64,000 nt of DNA. It comes from a virus. Both the position numbers and the translations under genes were made by a program. The first letter of the stretch is position 1; the number at the start of each line of letters is the position of its first letter. The notes beneath the pieces are model-generated. The model saw only the letters and a list, made by a program, of their open reading frames with translations. It made no database searches and was not told the DNA's origin. This document shows, one piece after another, positions 57,036 to 64,000 of the stretch. The stretch is from positions 13,526 to 77,525 of the IMG/VR virus record IMGVR_UViG_3300032605_000009; one strand, given 5' to 3'.

Positions 57036-58510
57036 GGCTCATTATGCTGGGGGCTGAGGTACCTAGTAACAGGACAATCTTAGAGTCTGCTGGTTGTACT
57101 TACATGGGCGTTAGTTTCTACCGCCTTACCAAGCGTGGCCTTCCTAAGAAAACCACCTACCTATTAGACAACTATTTTAATTCTGAAACAAGCATTTTTG
57201 TTCATGCTGGACTGGCCCACGACACCCAGCTTACCGGAAGAGAGCTCGAGGAGTTTGCTGCCGACTACGAGGAGTTCGTGGTTAATAATATAGATCGCAT
57301 TACTATGTTTGCTGAGTTCGACCATCCAGCCCTGCCTGAGAGCTTCATAGAGGCTCAACGCCGTACAGTCTGGGCAGAGATGCCACCTAGCAAGTTCCTA
57401 CCTGTATGGCGCCCTTCTACGGGCTACACAGGTCTTGCAGAGTTAACTGATAAGTACCTTGATATTGCCATCACTGGGCAGGCTATCGAGGACGAGACCC
57501 AACTGGCTCAGGCTACTCGTAGATACAAGAACACCAAGGGCACACGCTTCCACGCCATCTCCTGCGCTCGCCCTGACAACCTACGTCAAGTGGCAGTCGA
57601 AACCGCCAGCACAATGTCGTGGCTAAGCCCGATGATGCGAGGCGAAACGATTGTGTGGAACGGAACAAGTCTGGTACGTTACCCCAAGCGTATGAAAGAT
57701 CAAGCACGACCACGCTACAAAGCAGCCTATGAAAAGGCTGGGCTTGACTATGAACTGATCATGGAAGATGACAACAAGGAAGTATCCAAGTTAGCCGTCT
57801 GGTCGTACAACCAATTAGAATCGCACCTCAATAACCTTGATGCGGGTAAGGACATATCATATATGAGCGATGAAAAGCAAGAGGATATTTCTGCGGAAAC
57901 CCTACCCGCCAATGCTAATACAAGGGGGGTAGAAGTGCGGAAAGTTTTGCCGCGAGATCCCGCCGAAATGACCAGTTTGCCAGTGTTCGGGTACAACATG
58001 AAGACTGTTGTAGAGACCGATGATGATGGTAACGAGATCATTAAGGATGTGCCTGTTGTGCATACAAAGGCATCCTCACTACGCGCCTGCGATACATGCT
58101 TTGTTGCTGCTAACTGCCCTGCTTTTAAGCCTCAGAGTGCCTGCCAGTTCAACCTCCCAGTAGAGGTAAAGACTAAGGATCAGATGAAGGCTTTGATCAA
58201 TGCAATCATCGAAATGCAGGGTCAAAGAGTCGCTTTTATGCGATTTACTGAAGAAATGAACGGCGGATACGCAGATCCAAATGTATCTCAGGAGATCGAT
58301 CGCCTGTTCAAATTACTCAAAACTACTAAAGAATTGGATGACTCCTCATCGTTTATTCGTATGACTGTTGAGGGGAAATCCGCTGGTGCTGGAGTGCTGT
58401 CTGCCATCTTTGGAGACAGGGCTCAGGCCTTAAGAGAGTTGCCTGAAGGCGGTCTCAACGAGGTACAAACCACCAGAATTATCCAGCAAGCGATCGAGTC
58501 TGATCAATAG
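57032..58510 (+). CDS. TIM-barrel (TGT/DpdA-like, degenerate) fused to a Cys-rich C-terminal domain
   Basis: TRFHAIS...ETASTMSWLS...G resembles the TGT-like H..G...DS.SW motif; CDTC.....CP......C cluster. Confidence 0.45.
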   Translation: MRLIMLGAEVPSNRTILESAGCTYMGVSFYRLTKRGLPKKTTYLLDNYFNSETSIFVHAGLAHDTQLTGRELEEFAADYEEFVVNNIDRITMFAEFDHPALPESFIEAQRRTVWAEMPPSKFLPVWRPSTGYTGLAELTDKYLDIAITGQAIEDETQLAQATRRYKNTKGTRFHAISCARPDNLRQVAVETASTMSWLSPMMRGETIVWNGTSLVRYPKRMKDQARPRYKAAYEKAGLDYELIMEDDNKEVSKLAVWSYNQLESHLNNLDAGKDISYMSDEKQEDISAETLPANANTRGVEVRKVLPRDPAEMTSLPVFGYNMKTVVETDDDGNEIIKDVPVVHTKASSLRACDTCFVAANCPAFKPQSACQFNLPVEVKTKDQMKALINAIIEMQGQRVAFMRFTEEMNGGYADPNVSQEIDRLFKLLKTTKELDDSSSFIRMTVEGKSAGAGVLSAIFGDRAQALRELPEGGLNEVQTTRIIQQAIESDQ

Positions 58511-58616
58511 TCTTATACATAATATAAGCATAGAAAAAGGGGTGAAGCAAGGCAGTCTAATATCGGTGTGTTTCAGTTATGCTATTCGTTCATTTAAGAG
58601 ATTGGGAAACTAGACA

Positions 58617-60650
58617 ATGGGATTGTCCTTTAAGTTGGCAGATGAGTTCGTTGATGCCTATCGCGGTAAGAAAGTACCTTGGGGCTACCAAGATGCAGCA
58701 GGTAACTCGGTGGGAGAGATCACTTTCCTTCGCACCTACTCACGCCTGAAGGAAGACGGCACAAAGGAGTCGTGGACAGAGGTCTGCGCTCGCGTCATCA
58801 ACGGCATGTATTCATTGCAAAAGGATTACTGCAAGGCTAATCGCTTGCCTTGGAATGACTCAAAGGCACAGGCCTCAGCCAAAGAAGCCTTCGAGCGTAT
58901 GTGGACACTGAAGTGGACACCTCCAGGCCGCGGATTGTGGATGATGGGTACGCCTCTAGTCAATGAGCATAAGAACTCAGCCGCTTTGCAGAACTGTTCG
59001 TTTGTATCTACAAACGAGATGACTAAGATCAACCCAGCCAAGCCATTCGCTTTCCTTATGGAAGCCTCGATGCTAGGCGTTGGAGTTGGCTTCGATGATA
59101 AAGGGGCAGATAAAAGTTTCACAATCTACGAACCACAAGAAGGAGAAAACTATGTCATCCCCGACACCCGAGAAGGCTGGGTGGAAAGCACAGCCGCCCT
59201 CATCAATGCCTACCTTAAGTCAGATACGAAGAGCCCAGTCTTTGATTACACTCAAATCCGACCAGCAGGCGAACTCATCAAAACGTTTGGTGGAACTGCT
59301 GCTGGACATGAACCACTAGAGAAACTGCACAAGCAGATTCGTAAGTTGTTCAAAGGCCGAGCTGGCGAGCTGCTTACTCGCGTAGATATTGCTGATATTG
59401 GCAATCTAATGGGAGTCTGCGTAGTATCTGGCAACGTGCGCCGTTCAGCAGAACTGCTAATGGGGCGCTTAGATGATGGGACATTCCTCAATCTAAAGAA
59501 CCCTAAGGTATTCCCAGAGCGTAACTCATACTCAGCCAAAGCCCCAGGTTGGGCTTGGATGTCCAACAACTCAGTTGAGGTATCAGTAGGCCAAGACCTA
59601 TCTGGCATCATTGACGGCATTTCCCGCAACGGAGAGCCAGGTGTTATCTGGATGGATACTACTAAGAAGTACGGACGTCTAGCCGACCCTGTTAATAACA
59701 AGGACTGGAGAGCGGCTGGTTATAACCCTTGCGCCGAGCAAAGCCTAGAGTCTTTCGAGTGCTGCACGCTGGTTGAAACCTACCTCAGCCGTCACGACAG
59801 CATCGAGGACTTCAAGCGCACCCTAAAGTTCGCTTACCTTTATGCCAAGACTGTTACTTTAGTGCCTACTCACTGGGAAGAAACGAACGCGATCATGCAA
59901 CGCAATCGCCGTATCGGTACATCTATCTCAGGTATCGCTAATTTCGCTGACATCCACGGACTTCCTAAGTTGCGTGAATGGATGGATCAAGGTTATGAAA
60001 CTGTCCAGCAGTACGACAAGGGCTACTCAGAGTGGCTTGGTATTCGTGAGTCAATTAAAACTACGACAGTTAAGCCTTCAGGAACAGTCTCTATCCTAGT
60101 AGGAGAGAGCCCAGGAGTTCACTGGTCAGTAGGCGGTCAATACTTCCTACGTGCTATCCGCTTCCGCAACTCTGATCCAATGCTACCTCTGTTCAAGATG
60201 GCTCAGTATCGTGTCGAACCTGCTTCAGAAGATCCAGACGGCACAAGTGTTGTGTTCTTCCCAGTTAAGTCGCAAGCGCTTCGCTCCGAGAAGGACGTCT
60301 CTATCTATGAGAAGATGGCTCTCGCTGCTACTGCTCAACGTTACTGGTCAGACAACTCTGTATCTGTAACTGTCTCTTTCAATCCTAAAACGGAGGCCCA
60401 AGCAGTAGGTACTGCTTTACATATGTATGACGGACAACTAAAAACTGTTTCGTTTCTACCTATGGACAATGGTACTTATCCGCAAATGCCTTACACGCAG
60501 ATCACTGCTGATGAATATGAGGAGTATCGCATGACTCTCTTTCCTATTGATCTTGCTGGTGTCTATGCCGGTATGGCTGCTGACGCTATCGGAGAAAGTT
60601 ACTGTACAACAGACGCATGTGAAGTAAAGTTGATCAAGGACAATCAGTGA
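58617..60650 (+). CDS. nrdJ: Class II (B12-dependent) ribonucleotide reductase, monomeric RTPR type
   Basis: RTYSR, PPGRGLW, LQNC, GNVRRSA, NPCAEQ, CTLVE, TTVKPSGTVS motifs. Confidence 0.95.
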   Translation: MGLSFKLADEFVDAYRGKKVPWGYQDAAGNSVGEITFLRTYSRLKEDGTKESWTEVCARVINGMYSLQKDYCKANRLPWNDSKAQASAKEAFERMWTLKWTPPGRGLWMMGTPLVNEHKNSAALQNCSFVSTNEMTKINPAKPFAFLMEASMLGVGVGFDDKGADKSFTIYEPQEGENYVIPDTREGWVESTAALINAYLKSDTKSPVFDYTQIRPAGELIKTFGGTAAGHEPLEKLHKQIRKLFKGRAGELLTRVDIADIGNLMGVCVVSGNVRRSAELLMGRLDDGTFLNLKNPKVFPERNSYSAKAPGWAWMSNNSVEVSVGQDLSGIIDGISRNGEPGVIWMDTTKKYGRLADPVNNKDWRAAGYNPCAEQSLESFECCTLVETYLSRHDSIEDFKRTLKFAYLYAKTVTLVPTHWEETNAIMQRNRRIGTSISGIANFADIHGLPKLREWMDQGYETVQQYDKGYSEWLGIRESIKTTTVKPSGTVSILVGESPGVHWSVGGQYFLRAIRFRNSDPMLPLFKMAQYRVEPASEDPDGTSVVFFPVKSQALRSEKDVSIYEKMALAATAQRYWSDNSVSVTVSFNPKTEAQAVGTALHMYDGQLKTVSFLPMDNGTYPQMPYTQITADEYEEYRMTLFPIDLAGVYAGMAADAIGESYCTTDACEVKLIKDNQ

Positions 60651-60742
60651 GAATCAAGTGTGTCGAGTGCTTGGAGGAGTTCGAGGATATTCCACGCGAC
60701 TCCTCTGAGTCTCTCTGTCCAATGTGCTTGGATAAGAAATAA
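60647..60742 (+). CDS. Zinc-ribbon microprotein (31 aa, MRIKCVECLEEF...CPMC)
   Basis: GTGA overlap with nrdJ, AAGGA SD, two CxxC. Confidence 0.55.
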   Translation: MRIKCVECLEEFEDIPRDSSESLCPMCLDKK

Positions 60743-60743
60743 G

Positions 60744-60786
60744 AAAAGCCCCCTCGCTATTACAGCAAGGGGGCTCTTCTCTCTTT
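60744..60786. terminator. Bidirectional terminator between convergent operons
   Basis: AGCCCCCT../..AGGGGGCT stem flanked by A and T/C tracts. Confidence 0.75.
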
Positions 60787-60790
60787 ATAT

Positions 60791-61006
60791 TTACTTTATA
60801 TCAAAGTTACTAGCAATAGCAAAGAACGCCTCTGCAAATGCAGAGATGTGCGCTCCCAAGTCCTCTGGGTGTACGCGGTTTGCTGGTCTAAACATTAAAT
60901 CTGTATAGTCTTTAAGTGCAGACTGAAACTTGCCTAACAACTCATCTATATTAGGCCATTCATCAGAACAGTTGGTAGAACCATTGCATTTACATTCACT
61001 AGCCAT
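60791..61006 (-). CDS. Hypothetical protein
   Basis: AGGAG SD before ATG 61006. Confidence 0.55.
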   Translation of the reverse strand: MASECKCNGSTNCSDEWPNIDELLGKFQSALKDYTDLMFRPANRVHPEDLGAHISAFAEAFFAIASNFDIK

Positions 61007-61115
61007 TGGTCTCTCTCCTTTTCTTTTCATTGTATTTAGCCACTAACTCCTGCAAACGTTGGTGCTCCTCAGGAGTTAGGGTATCGGTAGTAATCGCCTC
61101 ATCATCAGTCGTCAT
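60999..61115 (-). CDS. Microprotein (38 aa, MTTDDEAITT...)
   Basis: Fills the gap and overlaps both neighbours. Confidence 0.45.
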   Translation of the reverse strand: MTTDDEAITTDTLTPEEHQRLQELVAKYNEKKRRETNG

Positions 61116-61230
61116 CGTGGCTATCCCAACCTAGTTCGTCCTCATCTTCTTCAATGACCACATCGTCATCTTCATCGAGAGGGTTCTCTGTGCCCCATTC
61201 AGGTAGTCCAAATCCAAACTGACTAGGCAT
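61105..61230 (-). CDS. Acidic microprotein (41 aa, MPSQFGFG...DDD)
   Basis: TAATG coupling with the upstream gene; D/E-rich, no K/R. Confidence 0.55.
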   Translation of the reverse strand: MPSQFGFGLPEWGTENPLDEDDDVVIEEDEDELGWDSHDDD

Positions 61231-61517
61231 TACTCAACCTCTTTGTAGTTAATCTCTCCTACGAATTGGAGAGGCTTACCAGCATCATCGGTCTTTGTAG
61301 CCGTAAGTTTGCAGGACTTACGAGGAGTGTGCGCTTCTACTAAGGTCTTTACATAGCGCTTTGCTGCCGAAGGATTAGCCCAAGCAGTTGTGCTCTCATA
61401 CTTAAGTTGCGCTTCTCCTTCTAGTGTAATACGCACCCCTAGTAACCAAGCGCCACCGCGCTCTACTAGAGTGTTCTTAGTCAGCGTAACGCTGAATGTT
61501 TCTGTTTTTCTTGCCAT
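61230..61517 (-). CDS. Hypothetical protein
   Basis: AAGGAG SD; AW.NPSAAKR motif. Confidence 0.7.
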   Translation of the reverse strand: MARKTETFSVTLTKNTLVERGGAWLLGVRITLEGEAQLKYESTTAWANPSAAKRYVKTLVEAHTPRKSCKLTATKTDDAGKPLQFVGEINYKEVE

Positions 61518-61535
61518 TACTCTCTCCTTTGTTAG

Positions 61536-61790
61536 TTATGCTACTTTTCTACTTGTGCCTATCTCGATAGGCGATACGTAACCTGAGCCATCATACATCT
61601 TGCCACCCCACACGCCAAATAGCCCACCCATGCTTTCCGCGTAGTTATGGCAGGGTTCTAGTAGAGGGCAACGATTGCAAATACTAATAGCCTGCTTAAT
61701 ATCCTCCTTACGTCTAAAGTTCTGGACGGGGAAAAATACCTCTGGGTCTGTTTGGGCGCAGAGTTGTGAGCCGTCATAGAAGTTTTGCAT
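61536..61790 (-). CDS. whiB: Second WhiB-family transcription factor
   Basis: LCAQTDPEVFFP...A..IC.RCP....C...A.......GVWGG. Confidence 0.9.
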   Translation of the reverse strand: MQNFYDGSQLCAQTDPEVFFPVQNFRRKEDIKQAISICNRCPLLEPCHNYAESMGGLFGVWGGKMYDGSGYVSPIEIGTSRKVA

Positions 61791-62322
61791 ATGCTATACG
61801 TTCCTTTGATAAGTGTTCGAACGCTGGCTCAGCCGTAGTCTTGCTAATAAGTTCAGCGTTATCTTCTATGGTAAAAAATACAGAGGCATACCCTATCTTA
61901 GTAGGCCAGATATAAGGCAAGTCATCAGGTACATCAAACCAGTACCGATAGTGCTCAGGCAACTTGCGTAACAGATTAGATTGATGGGATTCAAGCACCT
62001 TGTCGCAGCCAACCCAACCGGGCTTGGGCTTAACGTAGCGCCCAATAGCAGTATAAACATTTGAGTAGTGGTGAAACTTTTCAGCAAGGTTATCTACGAA
62101 CCCACGATCCTCCCACTCTTGGCACATAGCCAGCCCGTAGTCGCAGAGCGATCTCTCATGGCCTAGCCACATAAGGACGGCAGGGTGGCGCCTCCAGCCC
62201 TTACTCTCTCCTGATAGGACTTTGAGTATCTGATAGGCTTCTACTCTTTGTTTCCCTAGCCTTTTATCATCAAGGACTTTGGCTACCTCTGAGTACTTAC
62301 TGAACGGCATAAAGGTTTGCAT
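61774..62322 (-). CDS. Pyrimidine dimer DNA glycosylase-like protein (MSMEG_6728 family)
   Basis: MQTFMP..., LD.KRLGKQRVEAYQI, W..HPAV.MW.G, SHQSNLLRK, PYIWP. Confidence 0.88.
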   Translation of the reverse strand: MQTFMPFSKYSEVAKVLDDKRLGKQRVEAYQILKVLSGESKGWRRHPAVLMWLGHERSLCDYGLAMCQEWEDRGFVDNLAEKFHHYSNVYTAIGRYVKPKPGWVGCDKVLESHQSNLLRKLPEHYRYWFDVPDDLPYIWPTKIGYASVFFTIEDNAELISKTTAEPAFEHLSKERIAYAKLL

Positions 62323-62513
62323 TAGATATTAACCCCGATCTTTCTTAGGTTACTACGTATTCTGTGTAAAGCCCGAACATCGCTAGGAGTTTGACTCGTA
62401 AAGATAAACTTACCACTAGGCGCAGTAATTCGGTAGTGGCCACCGCGACTGACCTCTATCGTACAACCACTCTCTCTAACCTTAGTAAGTAGTTGTCTAA
62501 AGTCTTTACTCAA
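62322..62513 (-). CDS. HicA-like dsRBD-fold small protein
   Basis: G..IE..RGGHYRI..P.G.....S.TPSD motif; probable TTG start at 62513. Confidence 0.6.
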   Translation of the reverse strand: MSKDFRQLLTKVRESGCTIEVSRGGHYRITAPSGKFIFTSQTPSDVRALHRIRSNLRKIGVNI

Positions 62514-62730
62514 TTTCGTGCTCACAACAGAAAAGTGGCTCAGCAATAATACGATCTACCACCTGCCACATATTTAACGTGTTAGCATATCGGTTTTGCA
62601 ACTTTAGTACGGCACTACTATTTGTATAGTTAATAGTGTTATGGGTATCGCAATGTCTTAGTACGCCAGTTATTACTGTATCGTCTAGGGTCTGAACCAT
62701 TACTCCACGATACTTAGATATAGTAACCAT
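62506..62730 (-). CDS. Hypothetical protein
   Basis: ORF in packed minus-strand operon. Confidence 0.5.
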   Translation of the reverse strand: MVTISKYRGVMVQTLDDTVITGVLRHCDTHNTINYTNSSAVLKLQNRYANTLNMWQVVDRIIAEPLFCCEHEIE

Positions 62731-63024
62731 TTAGTTATCCAAATCCTTTAACATCTCTCTAATCTTTTCAACTCTCTTGGGGTCAATACCCATAAACTCG
62801 GTCGCTTCACTAGCAAGTGCCTCGGCTTCACTCTCTCCGATTAGCGTCTTAGTGAACTCGCTCGCAGTAATCGCTATGGCTAGTGAGGCTACCGCCAAAC
62901 CTGTATCTCCGAACTCTGGGTAGATAACCTCTTTACATCTCTCCATTGTCGCTTCTAATATCGTAGCCATCTCGATAGCACTTATACTGTTGCTCATATT
63001 CTTTGCCCTTTCATAGTTGGTCAT
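62731..63024 (-). CDS. Hypothetical protein
   Basis: ORF in packed minus-strand operon. Confidence 0.55.
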   Translation of the reverse strand: MTNYERAKNMSNSISAIEMATILEATMERCKEVIYPEFGDTGLAVASLAIAITASEFTKTLIGESEAEALASEATEFMGIDPKRVEKIREMLKDLDN

Positions 63025-63181
63025 TCATGCTTTGCTCATGCCACGTCAGCATATCAACGTAAAAGTCGGTGTCCTCAAACTCAGACTCTACTATGCTTAC
63101 AACGTCCTCAGGTAACTCTCCTGCATAGGGCTGGTCGAAATCAACTTGACCATCAACAGTATCTAGATAGGTATTACTCAT
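63011..63181 (-). CDS. Acidic microprotein (56 aa, MSNTYLDTVDG...)
   Basis: Fills the gap; AAGGA SD; not in ORF track. Confidence 0.5.
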   Translation of the reverse strand: MSNTYLDTVDGQVDFDQPYAGELPEDVVSIVESEFEDTDFYVDMLTWHEQSMNDQL

Positions 63182-63470
63182 CTCCGTCCTTCCAATCTTG
63201 GTGTCGTGTGCATAGCCCTATGCTACCTAGCGCGTTACGACGACGGCACTTAACGCCAGTTCTCGTAGTAGTCGCGCGGCAGGACTTGTATTGGTTATAG
63301 TGGCAATATAGACAACCGATAATAAGCCAGTTATCTGTATTAGGGTTATGCTCTACCTGCTTGCACTTGCCTTTGCACTCAGAGTTTGGGTCGGTATCTG
63401 CGTAAAGATAACGAGGGAATTGCATGTTGGCGTACTGCATGATCTCTGCAGGTGTTAGTTGGCTAGTCAT
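63174..63470 (-). CDS. Cys-rich hypothetical protein
   Basis: C.ATT..G..C.R....G..C..H C-terminal motif. Confidence 0.55.
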   Translation of the reverse strand: MTSQLTPAEIMQYANMQFPRYLYADTDPNSECKGKCKQVEHNPNTDNWLIIGCLYCHYNQYKSCRATTTRTGVKCRRRNALGSIGLCTRHQDWKDGDE

Positions 63471-63630
63471 TAAGTATCTCTCTAGCCTCGTACTTAGCCA
63501 TTAGTAGCAGAGTACGATTAGTTTCATCAACCACGATTTCTTTAGAGTATTCGACGGCTTGCTCAGGGCTATCCGCTTCGATCTCATAGATAATGGACTT
63601 GGGAATAATTACTATCTCGTAACTAGCCAT
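63463..63630 (-). CDS. Microprotein (55 aa, MASYEIVIIP...IEADSPEQA)
   Basis: GGAGG SD; EA.S.E.A motif common in small phage proteins. Confidence 0.6.
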   Translation of the reverse strand: MASYEIVIIPKSIIYEIEADSPEQAVEYSKEIVVDETNRTLLLMAKYEAREILND

Positions 63631-63631
63631 T

Positions 63632-63787
63632 TTATACTTTAGCCTCCCAGTTCTTTCCTAGCATAAGTTCGCCTAGCACTTTGTTGCTGCGCTTTGTGCA
63701 GTTGAGGCATACACCGCCTATGTCTTGTAGTTCTTGGCTACGAGTAATGCTTGACCATACGTGCTTACCTAATAAACACCTAATCAT
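63632..63787 (-). CDS. Microprotein (51 aa, C..GKH.W...C..C)
   Basis: AAGGA SD; zinc-binding pattern. Confidence 0.55.
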   Translation of the reverse strand: MIRCLLGKHVWSSITRSQELQDIGGVCLNCTKRSNKVLGELMLGKNWEAKV

Positions 63788-63884
63788 TTCTATCCTTTTT
63801 GTAGTTGTGCATACCTGCTATGCACTTATGGCAGAAGGGCGTGTTAGTATCTGTGCCAGTAATTACTATTTCGTAACTAGCCAT
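63780..63884 (-). CDS. Microprotein (34 aa, MASYEIVITG...CHKC)
   Basis: Shares its first 8 codons with the 63630 gene. Confidence 0.45.
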   Translation of the reverse strand: MASYEIVITGTDTNTPFCHKCIAGMHNYKKDRND

Positions 63885-64000
63885 TTAGCAGATCTCAAAT
63901 CCACCGCAAGTTTCGAGAAAGTCGCAAAACTGCTGGACGTTCTCTACGCTAAACGGATAGTTACAATCAAACGGGCGCTTAGTCTTAGTGCCCTTACAGG

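Larger units (their letters stand above)
63606..63886. repeat. 27-bp direct repeat (63606-63632 and 63860-63886, 1 mismatch)
   Basis: TAATTACTAT(C/T)TCGTAACTAGCCATTT. Confidence 0.85.

Noticed and set aside
57032-58510. Functional DpdA 7-deazaguanine DNA modification system
   Set aside because: Catalytic-type motifs look degenerate and no folE/queCDE genes are in the window; kept only as an uncharacterised module.
60660-60908. 82-aa plus-strand ORF after nrdJ
   Set aside because: It crosses the terminator and overlaps a minus-strand gene; the 31-aa zinc-ribbon ORF at 60647 fits better.
1-64000. tRNA/tmRNA genes, integrase, inteins
   Set aside because: No cloverleaf was seen in the short intergenic gaps, no recombinase motifs were found, and PolA, DnaB, RecA and NrdJ have normal lengths. 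tRNAscan/ARAGORN were not run.

Overview
This 64-kb window is part of a tailed dsDNA phage genome with a contractile (myovirus-type) tail. The host is probably actinobacterial: two WhiB genes, an MSMEG_6728-like glycosylase and many leaderless TANNNT-N6-ATG promoters. Gene order: terminase large subunit (5'-truncated), portal, scaffold, major capsid, a free-standing EndoVII homing endonuclease, neck and collagen-like fibre genes, an inverted FkbM/TPR/propeller cassette, Lys-rich microproteins, then sheath, tube, chaperone, tape measure with NlpC/P60 and baseplate genes. The replication and recombination block follows (initiator, DnaC-like, DnaB, primase, dNMP kinase, SNF2 helicase, SSB, PolA, RecA, resolvases, Cas4-like). 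After it come SpoVS, a phosphoesterase, an NTase-HAD-TGT-like trio, a class II RNR and a minus-strand accessory region. The main observation is that the essential portal gene is interrupted. A 51-codon ORF with a perfect Shine-Dalgarno ends ATG-TAT-TAG, and coding resumes in the +1 frame at TAC-CTA-GGT. This is a matched Tyr take-off/landing pair around a stop codon, the signature expected for a programmed 7-nt ribosomal hop. Other points of interest are a recurring GTTT-N25-27-YANNNT promoter class, an anti-SD pseudoknot candidate before polA, an SD-sequestering hairpin before the homing endonuclease and a +1 frameshift candidate in the tail chaperone. All functional calls come from motif recognition by eye; no searches were run.
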